DNA of 64,000 bases, from the IMG/VR virus record IMGVR_UViG_3300012936_003490, positions 12,957 to 76,956 of that record, one strand, 5' to 3'. Below, piece after piece: positions 1-8,146 of this stretch. Within the stretch, counting starts at the first letter, position 1. Each line of letters begins with the position of its first letter. The notes under the pieces are model-generated. The model saw nothing but the letters and a program-made list of their open reading frames with translations, searched no databases and was not told where the DNA came from. The stretch is from a virus. Made by a program: the position numbers and the translations under genes.

Positions 1-587
1 GGACCTTTCACATACAATTCATTTTGTATTACTTTGTAGTCAGTCCAAAATGTATCGCCTATGATATTATGATCGACTCTATCGCCCGGCGTGTATAATT
101 TATTAATTACACAAGGTCCAATTTCGCTCATGCCCCAATTTGCTAATACTGTTGCACCTTTATCAATAAATGCTTGAATATGATGTGCAGGTATAGGATC
201 ACTGCCCATTGCTACAAATTTACCCGTTAGATCCGCTCTTTTAAAGTCCTTAGTTTTAATAACTGCTTCACACATAGCAGGAGCAATAAACGTGTGTGTA
301 TGATGCTTAAAACGCTTTAAAAAGGTATATGCGTTAAATTTTTCAATAGTTATATCGCATCCTAATGTGTATGCAGGTAGACTCTGAAGAAGTAGCCCTC
401 CAGCATGTGTCATTCTTGTGCAGGTATAAATGCTACTGCTTGTAGTTATTTTTTGTGCTTCAATAGCAACTTCATTACAGGCTTTTAGATTATCAGGATC
501 TCTATAAATTTTCTTAGGTGTACCTGTAGTACCGCTAGAAGTTATTATACAACCTTCTTCTAATATTACATCAAAGTTCGGTTCCAT
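1..587 (-). CDS. ANL-family adenylate-forming enzyme (AMP-binding), partial at window edge
   Basis: Not in the ORF track; translated by hand from ATG at 587: MEPNFDVILEEGCIITSSGTTGTPK...THAGG...MGSDPIP...NWGMSEIGP...ELYVKGP. Has the ANL P-loop (TSSGTTGxPK), a (Y/W)GMSE motif and an ELxVKGP motif. Confidence 0.85.
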   Translation of the reverse strand, partial: MEPNFDVILEEGCIITSSGTTGTPKKIYRDPDNLKACNEVAIEAQKITTSSSIYTCTRMTHAGGLLLQSLPAYTLGCDITIEKFNAYTFLKRFKHHTHTFIAPAMCEAVIKTKDFKRADLTGKFVAMGSDPIPAHHIQAFIDKGATVLANWGMSEIGPCVINKLYTPGDRVDHNIIGDTFWTDYKVIQNELYVKG

Positions 588-1407
588 AAGTTACCTTTTT
601 ATCTTTATACTTAGATACTAATATGTTTGTAATTTCTCCAGTAACAGTAGTAGGTGTAACTCCGCCGCTTGAACTTGTAATAAAAATCTCGTCAGCAGAG
701 GCAAACATAGACTGTGTTATAGGCATCCTTTTAAATGTAATATTATTTTCATTAGCAATATCTTCAACCACACTCATAGTAATACCTTTTAGAACATTTT
801 TGTCTGCTGTTTTGATCACGCCGTCTTTAATAATTCCAACATTAAATCCTGGACCTTCTGTTACAAATCCGTCGACGTCAACTAGAACTGTAGTATCAAA
901 TCCAGCAGGTGTATTACGTTGGCTAAGTGTAAGATCTATCCAGGCCATGTTCTTGTATTCTTGTCCATAGTAATCATCATTGACCCTGTTTGTATTTTTA
1001 TCTAAGTATAATTTTACTATTGGTGTTTTTGCTATAGGATAACTTGGTTTAATATACATAGCAAAATTTACAGGACAATTTTCCAAGTCTCTTGGATTAC
1101 CACTAGGCGGAAATCCTCTCCAGATTATAAACCATACAAATGCATTATCAATTGGATTACGTTTTGCTAGTTCTTTTATAATTTCTAAAGGATCGACGTC
1201 TGGAATAATTAACCCATATCGTCCTGCACTATTCTTAAATCTTTGCAAGTGTCTTTCATAACAAAATGCTTTGCCGTTGTATACTGGCATAACATCATAT
1301 GTAGCATCACAGTGAATGAAGCCAAAGTCAAGTATACTTGGTCCGATTTCACCTAACGGCTTGTATTCACCGTTTTTATATGCTATTAAGTCTAATACGT
1401 TAGTCAT
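571..1407 (-). CDS. PLP fold-type IV aminotransferase, (R)-amine transaminase-like
   Basis: Motifs DFGFIHCDATYDV, HLQRFKNSA, KNMAW (catalytic Lys), TEGPGFN, VLKGIT and DEIFITSSSGG. ATG at 1407 preferred to TTG at 1410. Confidence 0.88.
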   Translation of the reverse strand: MTNVLDLIAYKNGEYKPLGEIGPSILDFGFIHCDATYDVMPVYNGKAFCYERHLQRFKNSAGRYGLIIPDVDPLEIIKELAKRNPIDNAFVWFIIWRGFPPSGNPRDLENCPVNFAMYIKPSYPIAKTPIVKLYLDKNTNRVNDDYYGQEYKNMAWIDLTLSQRNTPAGFDTTVLVDVDGFVTEGPGFNVGIIKDGVIKTADKNVLKGITMSVVEDIANENNITFKRMPITQSMFASADEIFITSSSGGVTPTTVTGEITNILVSKYKDKKVTYGTEL

Positions 1408-1657
1408 CAAAATGTACCTTCTTCAACTGTGGATCATCAGGCAATTTTTGCTTAAGAGTTTTTAACCGATTTATTCTCCATTCAAGAAGTTTAAAATCTA
1501 ACACCCAAGGAAAAATTGCGTGAATTAAACTGCCAATAGTTACACCTAATAAAAAGAAAAATTCACCTATTGCAAGTTTAAAATGCCACCAATATCCTGC
1601 ATTAGGCTTTCCGGCTTTTTGCTTTGCTTCTTGTAAATGTTTAAAATTATACCACAT
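1400..1657 (-). CDS. Small membrane-associated protein, DUF6356-like
   Basis: HL...YWWH...A...IHAIFPW pattern with one hydrophobic helix; overlaps both neighbours. Confidence 0.55.
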   Translation of the reverse strand: MWYNFKHLQEAKQKAGKPNAGYWWHFKLAIGEFFFLLGVTIGSLIHAIFPWVLDFKLLEWRINRLKTLKQKLPDDPQLKKVHFDD

Positions 1658-2198
1658 AGCGTCCTTTCAATTTGTTTCTGCGTCTTGTGTATTCTTCAAT
1701 ATTTAATTTCCAGACGGTCTGTTCTGTATAGTATAACATCATTTCACTATGCTTGTCAAGTATTCCCTGTCTATCAAGCAGACCCATTAGTTTGTGATTA
1801 CGAGCCGCTTTGCCATTTGAATGCTCGTGGTAGGTATTTGTGGTAATATATAGTTCATCTGTAGGACAGTATTCAATAAACTTGGGTATCATTTCTCGTT
1901 GTGTGATACTGTTCCAATCTCCTTTTCCTAATCCTCTAAATGTATCTTGCATAGGTAATTCGCAACCTCTAAATAATATACGCCAAGCATTGGAATTTAC
2001 TTCCGGTAAAGGATGACAACCTGCTACTGCTACAATTTCATTATCTTTGATAGCACAAAAATATTCACCCTGTTCTTTGCACCAATCAAACTTCATTGCT
2101 TTTAGACTACTGTTATTTTCATATTTCAATTGTTTTGCCTTTTTGCAAAACAGTTCTAAAGCAGGAACAAGCTCGTCTGTAATGATTTTTATTTGCAT
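1647..2198 (-). CDS. Putative GNAT-fold acyltransferase
   Basis: 183 aa; YFCAIKDNEIVAVAGCH...WRILFRG beta-strand pattern typical of GNATs, plus operon context. Confidence 0.5.
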   Translation of the reverse strand: MQIKIITDELVPALELFCKKAKQLKYENNSSLKAMKFDWCKEQGEYFCAIKDNEIVAVAGCHPLPEVNSNAWRILFRGCELPMQDTFRGLGKGDWNSITQREMIPKFIEYCPTDELYITTNTYHEHSNGKAARNHKLMGLLDRQGILDKHSEMMLYYTEQTVWKLNIEEYTRRRNKLKGRYVV

Positions 2199-2773
2199 TT
2201 TCCATTTACACCTGTATGTGTATCCTGCATTATTGTTGTAGATGTAATTCTCATTTCATTGCTCATTTCTACAATTTTTAAAATATTTTCTGCTAATTTA
2301 TAAATATCAATTAGCGGTTTTGTCAATCCTATATTGTGGTTAGAATTTGTCGGTCCTGGACGAATAAGTATAATTTGACAAGGATCATTTAAGTAATTTA
2401 ATCTTTTAGCAAGATGATCTAAAGCAATTTTACTTGAATCATATAGGTGTTTGTTTAATCTTTTTTCATTTTTATTCCTACTTTCAGGACTATTTCCTCC
2501 TATAATAACTATTTTTTTATATTGATACTGGTACTCGTCAAACAGTTCGGCTAACATATCGCACTGGCTAAATCTATTTTCTTTGCCATATGCTACAACA
2601 AATATTATATCGCAATCTTTTGATGCTGACACAACTCGTTTACGCTGTTCTTGGTTGTTAATATCTACTCCGTCTTCTCGCCCTATTCCGACAACGTCAA
2701 GTTTGTTTTCCTTACAAGTGTCATAAATTGCCTTGCCGATTCCTGAAGAATATCCAAATACTATAGCTTTCAT
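2189..2773 (-). CDS. Short-chain dehydrogenase/reductase (compact)
   Basis: N-terminal Rossmann motif VFGYSSGIG, catalytic YxxxK (YDSSK), IRPG motif. Confidence 0.8.
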   Translation of the reverse strand: MKAIVFGYSSGIGKAIYDTCKENKLDVVGIGREDGVDINNQEQRKRVVSASKDCDIIFVVAYGKENRFSQCDMLAELFDEYQYQYKKIVIIGGNSPESRNKNEKRLNKHLYDSSKIALDHLAKRLNYLNDPCQIILIRPGPTNSNHNIGLTKPLIDIYKLAENILKIVEMSNEMRITSTTIMQDTHTGVNGKCK

Positions 2774-3390
2774 ATATTCAAAAATTCTCCTGCTTTGTAC
2801 CTCTTTACCATATCTGCATAACTTTCGTGCGTAATTTTTATTCTAAGCACAGCACGTTCAGTACTAATAGGATTGACACTATGTAATACTTTGCCATTAA
2901 AAATAGTAGGATGCTTAAAACTATACTCTAATTCATACAATTTTTTATTTGTAGTATGCCTTTCTGCATCTGTGCCTTCCCAAAAGATAAGGTTGTTAAA
3001 GTTTTCTCTCGGCAACAATGGACACATCATAGTGTAATCTAAATTTCTATCAGTATGTTTTCTAAATTCGTACCCAGGTTCATTAATTTGAAAGCTAATA
3101 TCTGCATTACCTAGGGGTTTTAGGAAATTAAACTGGTTAACAAAATTTTGTATTACAGAATAATCTATCATTTGCTTACCTTCATACATAGGACTATATA
3201 TTGCTAGTAATCTACCATCAAATCCATCTACAAGTTTTTGTCTTTTATGAGTCAAATTTTTTTCAGCGGCTATTGCAGTTTTCCATTCGTTCCATTCTAA
3301 AGCACAATGTCGCATTTTCAAATACAGTTCAGTCAATGCTTCAATATCATAATAGATTTCTTCAAATATTATATGGTGGTCATATATCAT
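2770..3390 (-). CDS. Putative 2OG-Fe(II) oxygenase
   Basis: HxD (KHTD), distal His (FNGKVLHSV) and a downstream Arg (ERAVLRI). Confidence 0.7.
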   Translation of the reverse strand: MIYDHHIIFEEIYYDIEALTELYLKMRHCALEWNEWKTAIAAEKNLTHKRQKLVDGFDGRLLAIYSPMYEGKQMIDYSVIQNFVNQFNFLKPLGNADISFQINEPGYEFRKHTDRNLDYTMMCPLLPRENFNNLIFWEGTDAERHTTNKKLYELEYSFKHPTIFNGKVLHSVNPISTERAVLRIKITHESYADMVKRYKAGEFLNI

Positions 3391-4080
3391 CTAATCTCTC
3401 ATTGTAAATATACTTAATCCAATTTTTCGTTTTACACCTTGGTCAAGAAAATTACTAGCACAGTGTATTTGAAGGCTATCAAAAATTATTCCACTTCCTA
3501 TGGTCCAAGGAAAATAACTTTGGATAGACAATCCTTTTAGCCATTCATCTTTGAGATGACTAAGCAATTCTGATTTTAGATTTTGTGGAATATCAGTTTC
3601 ACTTAGGTTATCAACATTTGTGTATTCAGTCAATGGTTTGTTGTAATAAACTCTAGGGTCTTTTCTCCTGCCATTAAATAATTTTACTGGACCGTGATAA
3701 TAATACTGATCAAAGAATACCAGCTTTGGTATTCCGTTTCCTTCAATATGCAAAGGTATTGTTATTGCTTTATACGTGTCAGGATAATCTGAATCATCGT
3801 CATTATGAAGAACGTGCGGCGTAGTAACATCAAAAATCTGTGCGGATCTTACCTTAAAGTCGCCGATTATATTTTTTAAACTTTCAACAATATCATCTAT
3901 AACGCCTTGACCGTGTTTGACATTTAGAGTTTTAGGTCCTGTATTTTTTTCTATAACTTCATCACTGTTATAGTAATGTGACAGCAAAAATTTTACTTTG
4001 TCATCACTTATCAAGTTCCAGGCTTGTACTGGACGTGAATGTGTTTCACGTAGTTTTGCTATTTGCTCCTTGGTTCTCAT
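3391..4080 (-). CDS. Putative 2OG-Fe(II) oxygenase
   Basis: HxD (LHND), distal His (FDSLQIHCAS), basic residue in KIGLSIF. Confidence 0.7.
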   Translation of the reverse strand: MRTKEQIAKLRETHSRPVQAWNLISDDKVKFLLSHYYNSDEVIEKNTGPKTLNVKHGQGVIDDIVESLKNIIGDFKVRSAQIFDVTTPHVLHNDDDSDYPDTYKAITIPLHIEGNGIPKLVFFDQYYYHGPVKLFNGRRKDPRVYYNKPLTEYTNVDNLSETDIPQNLKSELLSHLKDEWLKGLSIQSYFPWTIGSGIIFDSLQIHCASNFLDQGVKRKIGLSIFTMRD

Positions 4081-4081
4081 T

Positions 4082-4843
4082 TTAATAATACTGTGTACAG
4101 CTCATTAATTTCATGACGTTTTCCCAAGTCTTAGGAACGTTTACAACTAAATGCACACTGTTATCTACCCATGCATGTGTTCTATGTGTTTTCCTAGTGT
4201 CAACATAATATGCACGACCTGGCACTATTGGCCATGTTTTTCCACCCATTTCCCATTCATAAGAATCTGTACCTGTTGCATTTGAAAGAAAAGCAACTAT
4301 TCTAAATGTTTCTCTAGTCAATTGCGGGTCATCTTTGTGAGGTGGAAACCAACCTCCTGCATTTACTTTTACAAGCATAGTACGCCCCAAAGGCATAAAA
4401 TATTCTAGCATAGGGTGCAATACAGGTAAGTCTTTGTACAGTTGGTTAGGTGTATTAAAATCAGTTTCTCTTAATCTCCGGCCATGTCTTTTTCTTGCCT
4501 CAGGCATACTTAGTCCGTCATTATAATCATCGCCAGCAATGCCAATTAATGATAATCCTTCCCTGTTATTAACAACTCCTTCTCGCCTTAGATAAGGAAC
4601 CCATTTATCGTTATATGGTTCAATCTGTTTCTTAAAATTATATAAGTCAAAGGTAAAATTTAATGGTTCCCAAATATCTAGTGCTTGTAGTTGTAATTCA
4701 CATTTTATATCTTCTTCGGTGGGTTCAAAGTTTTTTTTGTTAGAATGTAACCATTTTTGGTAGTAGTTTCCTTGAATTCTTTGATTTGCTTTTGGTTGTA
4801 ATTCTATAGGTTTTCCGTTTTTATCTACTAAATTTTCTTCCAT
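4082..4843 (-). CDS. 2OG-Fe(II) oxygenase, aspartyl/asparaginyl beta-hydroxylase-like
   Basis: GGWFPPHKD (HxD), VDTRKTH distal His, HLVVNV terminal strand. RBS AAGGA upstream. Confidence 0.75.
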   Translation of the reverse strand: MEENLVDKNGKPIELQPKANQRIQGNYYQKWLHSNKKNFEPTEEDIKCELQLQALDIWEPLNFTFDLYNFKKQIEPYNDKWVPYLRREGVVNNREGLSLIGIAGDDYNDGLSMPEARKRHGRRLRETDFNTPNQLYKDLPVLHPMLEYFMPLGRTMLVKVNAGGWFPPHKDDPQLTRETFRIVAFLSNATGTDSYEWEMGGKTWPIVPGRAYYVDTRKTHRTHAWVDNSVHLVVNVPKTWENVMKLMSCTQYY

Positions 4844-4872
4844 TTTTTTTCCTTAGTCATATAGCGTGTGTA

Positions 4873-4878
4873 TATTTA
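4873..4878 (-). promoter_or_regulatory. Putative late promoter core TAAATA
   Basis: TAAATA in the 78-bp intergenic gap upstream of the oxygenase genes; same motif as in front of the structural genes. Confidence 0.5.
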
Positions 4879-4902
4879 CTTTATATATACAGCCCTGTAA
4901 AA

Positions 4903-4924
4903 TAATTTGATGTGAGTCAAATTA
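4903..4924. promoter_or_regulatory. 8-bp inverted repeat (FNR/CRP-box-like site or weak terminator hairpin)
   Basis: TAATTTGA-tgtgag-TCAAATTA; the core TTGAT-N4-GTCAA is one mismatch from TTGAT-N4-ATCAA. Followed by TTTT on the minus strand. Confidence 0.35.
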
Positions 4925-6061
4925 AGTCTCAATTATATCTACAATACAATTGTCTAATATCTTGTAATTTTGATTTCTTTGCTTATCATAAAGTTTGGTC
5001 TTTCTTGCAAACTCTTTAAGCAAAAAACTATCTTTATATTCTTGTTTACATTTAGTAAGGTATTGTAATATTTGCTTATTGCTGTTTTTTTCAATTGCTA
5101 TATTAATAATGTCATCTGGTAAATTTTTTACATTCAATTCACTTTTTGCATATGGTTTTATATAGCAATCAATATGTAATTCTTTATCATATCCTATGCT
5201 TTTCAAGTACTTTTCAATATTGGGTATATCAAATATGTTGTAAATATTAAGCAACGTAGAAATATTTAAAGTAAAACTAGGACTAGTATGTTTCATTAAA
5301 TTACGTAAATTAATGTCCAAGTCTTTCCATTTGCCAGGATATCTGATATATTCATAAACTTTATCAAATCCATCAATACTAACATTTATTGTACATTGTT
5401 CAAAACTAAGTAACTTATCTATAACATTTTGATTAATTTGCAATCCATTAGTAGTAATTTTCATACCAAGTCTTTTGTTATAATTATTTTCAATACACCA
5501 GTCTAACAATTTTATAAAATGTTTTTGATAAAAAGGTTCACCTCCAGTTGTCTTAAATTCTTTAAGTCCCTTTTTTATAAGTTCTTTACAATATTCTAAT
5601 TTTTCATCTTCTTTATATTTTTGATTTTTAGTTGGAACATTGTGTATACGATCTTGTTGCGGAATATTTTTTAGTAAAGAATTTATTAAACTGCTACTTA
5701 AAGGACTGCACATTCTACATGCAAGGTTGCATGTATTATTAAATTTTACATCAGCTGTTAAAACTGTCGTAGGTTCTAAATTATAGTTGACGTCAGTATA
5801 TTTTTTAACAAACTTCTGCCTACTACTTTCTATACCTACATCTTCTTGCCGATAACAAACTTCGCAGACTTTTGGTCTTTTGTTGTCACGCATATATTGA
5901 CGAGTAAGAATATGATCTTTAGAAAAAATTCCGTTTTTTATATCGTTGCCAGACCAATTACCTATATCACTTCTAAGATCAGTTCTACAACAAGGTACAA
6001 CTTTAGAACTAACTTTTACACAAAAATGATTCCACAACAACGGACATGCTGTTTCCATCAC
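4922..6061 (-). CDS. Radical SAM enzyme with N-terminal twitch/SPASM-like Cys cluster (subfamily A)
   Basis: CPLLWNH...PCCR...CEVC precedes CNLACRMC; GGEP, TTNG, SIDG...YEYIRYP. Confidence 0.9.
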   Translation of the reverse strand: MMETACPLLWNHFCVKVSSKVVPCCRTDLRSDIGNWSGNDIKNGIFSKDHILTRQYMRDNKRPKVCEVCYRQEDVGIESSRQKFVKKYTDVNYNLEPTTVLTADVKFNNTCNLACRMCSPLSSSLINSLLKNIPQQDRIHNVPTKNQKYKEDEKLEYCKELIKKGLKEFKTTGGEPFYQKHFIKLLDWCIENNYNKRLGMKITTNGLQINQNVIDKLLSFEQCTINVSIDGFDKVYEYIRYPGKWKDLDINLRNLMKHTSPSFTLNISTLLNIYNIFDIPNIEKYLKSIGYDKELHIDCYIKPYAKSELNVKNLPDDIINIAIEKNSNKQILQYLTKCKQEYKDSFLLKEFARKTKLYDKQRNQNYKILDNCIVDIIET

Positions 6062-7170
6062 ATTTTCCTTTTTGGAATTTTGCTATCTGCTGAACTTACA
6101 CAACTTTGCGTGATACACATTTTTGGCTCTTTAAATAGATTAAAGCCTGTTTCGATGTTACCAAGGGGTGCATCATGACAAGAATAACTCCTTTTTACCG
6201 AACCGTCAGGCTCCCGTATTATTATTCCGCTAAAACCGGCGTTACATGCCCATCCTTCAAATTTATTGAAATTAAAGGCGTTAAAGCGTTCTGCTTGGTC
6301 CATATACCATTTGTTACCTTTGGAGTCTTGCATTTCTACTTGCATGTGCCAAGGAACACTGGCATCATTTGTACCATTTATTCCTTTAGGTATTTCAAAT
6401 GTTGGTTTAGGGCGACCCTCCCATTTTCTTTTAAATTCTGTGTATGCTCTTTGTGGCATACCGTTCCAGAGTCGTTCAAGTTGATCCTTAGTGTATCCAT
6501 CAACCACCCTTGACGCAGTCGGATCCGATTGAGGCTTGAGTGTGACATTAATTCCTTGTTCGTGGAAGAAGAGAGCGTTTTCCCAATCTCTTTCAAACCA
6601 TTCAGGAACCATAACTTGATTGATTGTAATTTGTACATCGTATTCTTGACACAGGATTAATTTGTCTGCAAACTCCTGCATCCTCTCCTTTGTGTTTACA
6701 TGTTCTGTGTGCAGACTTGCTGTAATACTTGCTCTATGGAACGGCTTTGCATACTCTACATAAGTTTCAAACCACTTCATTGGACGACTACAGTTGCTCG
6801 TCATGTGTATACTTGTATAGTTTGTATTTGCTACATCATCTGCTAGATGTTTTAGTATGTCCAAGTATCCAGGATGGAAAGTAGGTTCTCCTCCTGACAA
6901 GGAGAAGTGGAAAGAATTGAAGCCGTTGAGTCTAGCTTGACGTTTGATTTCATCCACTGTAAGCAAGCAGAGCTCGGTAGGACGGTGGTCTTTACGATCG
7001 CTTCTTGCGTAAGGCCAGCAGTAGGAGCATCTGTAGTTACAGAATCTTCCGAGTAACCAGGATACAGTAAATAGATCGCGATAAAGCAGAGTACGTTGAC
7101 CAACAGAGACAATGTCATCAAAAGGGATCTTAGTAAAGTCATAATTACTCCATTTTAAATCTTCACTCAT
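6058..7170 (-). CDS. Radical SAM enzyme with C-terminal Cys cluster (subfamily C)
   Basis: CNYRCSYC, SGGEPT, C-terminal GWACNAG...SC...CITQSC. Confidence 0.9.
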   Translation of the reverse strand: MSEDLKWSNYDFTKIPFDDIVSVGQRTLLYRDLFTVSWLLGRFCNYRCSYCWPYARSDRKDHRPTELCLLTVDEIKRQARLNGFNSFHFSLSGGEPTFHPGYLDILKHLADDVANTNYTSIHMTSNCSRPMKWFETYVEYAKPFHRASITASLHTEHVNTKERMQEFADKLILCQEYDVQITINQVMVPEWFERDWENALFFHEQGINVTLKPQSDPTASRVVDGYTKDQLERLWNGMPQRAYTEFKRKWEGRPKPTFEIPKGINGTNDASVPWHMQVEMQDSKGNKWYMDQAERFNAFNFNKFEGWACNAGFSGIIIREPDGSVKRSYSCHDAPLGNIETGFNLFKEPKMCITQSCVSSADSKIPKRKM

Positions 7171-7175
7171 GAATT

Positions 7176-7204
7176 ATTGTAGCACCTTTACATAAACTTG
7201 TCAA
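7176..7204 (-). promoter_or_regulatory. Sigma70-type promoter, probably leaderless transcript
   Basis: TTGACA (7204-7199), 17-nt spacer, TACAAT (7181-7176), then 5 nt to the ATG at 7170; no Shine-Dalgarno. Confidence 0.75.
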
Positions 7205-8146
7205 CTATAGTTTATCTTTAATAAATGTATCTCTTTTATTTTGTTTACATACTTTTTCGCAACGTGGAATTCTATTATCAGATGTCCAACTATTTTGTAT
7301 GTCTGTCCAAACTTTTCCATTTAGTGCTTGTTCTACACTTACATTTTTTAGATTTATGTCAAACATGTAATCATTATCAATTAAAATTTCTTCAAACCTG
7401 TCTTTTGTTTTTCCGCTTACTGGATATTCTAACATTTTTGCATTAAGATGACAACAGGGTATAACATTGCCCATGTGATTGACAAATATACGTTTTTGAT
7501 TTGCATATTTACAACTTATGCAAGTAGATTCTTCTACTTCTATTTTTTTATGTTTTACACCGCCGGTATCTTTTCTATGGCTAATTATAGTTTTGAATGC
7601 TTTAAATCCTTCATCTTTGGCCATTTGCCTTGCTATTTCAAGTTGGTGTTCGTTATGCTCAAAACTTATAAACTGCCAATTTGCTTTGCCGCCGGCGGCA
7701 ATAAATGCTCTAAAGTTTTGCTGTACTTTTTTGAATTTAGAACCTTCTCTATATACTTCAGATAATTCGTCGCTTCCGTCTATGCCCCAAGTAACTCTAT
7801 GACTCTTAGGCAATATTCCTGCAAGTTCAGTCCACCATTTTGTAGTACGCAAACTACCATTTGTTGCAACATTTATATGTACGTCCCAATCAGCAAAGTG
7901 TTTCACAATATCAAAAAATTGAGGATGACTACAAGGTTCGTCAACACTACCGCAAAAATTTATAATTTTCATATTAGGAAACATCTGCTTTTGAAACTTT
8001 TCTTTAATAGTTTCTATATCAAGATATGTTTTATTTAATATTTGATCGGCATATTTAGATTCAACACGAAAACATCCTTTGCATTTTATATTGCAAAAAC
8101 TTGTAAGTTCTATGTCGATCCATTCTAAGGTATCAGCTGTCCACAT
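7205..8146 (-). CDS. Radical SAM enzyme with C-terminal twitch domain (subfamily B)
   Basis: CNIKCKGC, GSVDEP, TNGS, IDG..YR, FEHNEHQ, C-terminal C...PCC...CEKVC. Confidence 0.9.
   Translation of the reverse strand: MWTADTLEWIDIELTSFCNIKCKGCFRVESKYADQILNKTYLDIETIKEKFQKQMFPNMKIINFCGSVDEPCSHPQFFDIVKHFADWDVHINVATNGSLRTTKWWTELAGILPKSHRVTWGIDGSDELSEVYREGSKFKKVQQNFRAFIAAGGKANWQFISFEHNEHQLEIARQMAKDEGFKAFKTIISHRKDTGGVKHKKIEVEESTCISCKYANQKRIFVNHMGNVIPCCHLNAKMLEYPVSGKTKDRFEEILIDNDYMFDINLKNVSVEQALNGKVWTDIQNSWTSDNRIPRCEKVCKQNKRDTFIKDKL

Noticed and set aside
571-1407. Calling the aminotransferase ilvE or pabC
   Set aside because: Active-site motifs fit the (R)-amine transaminase branch better, so no gene symbol is assigned.
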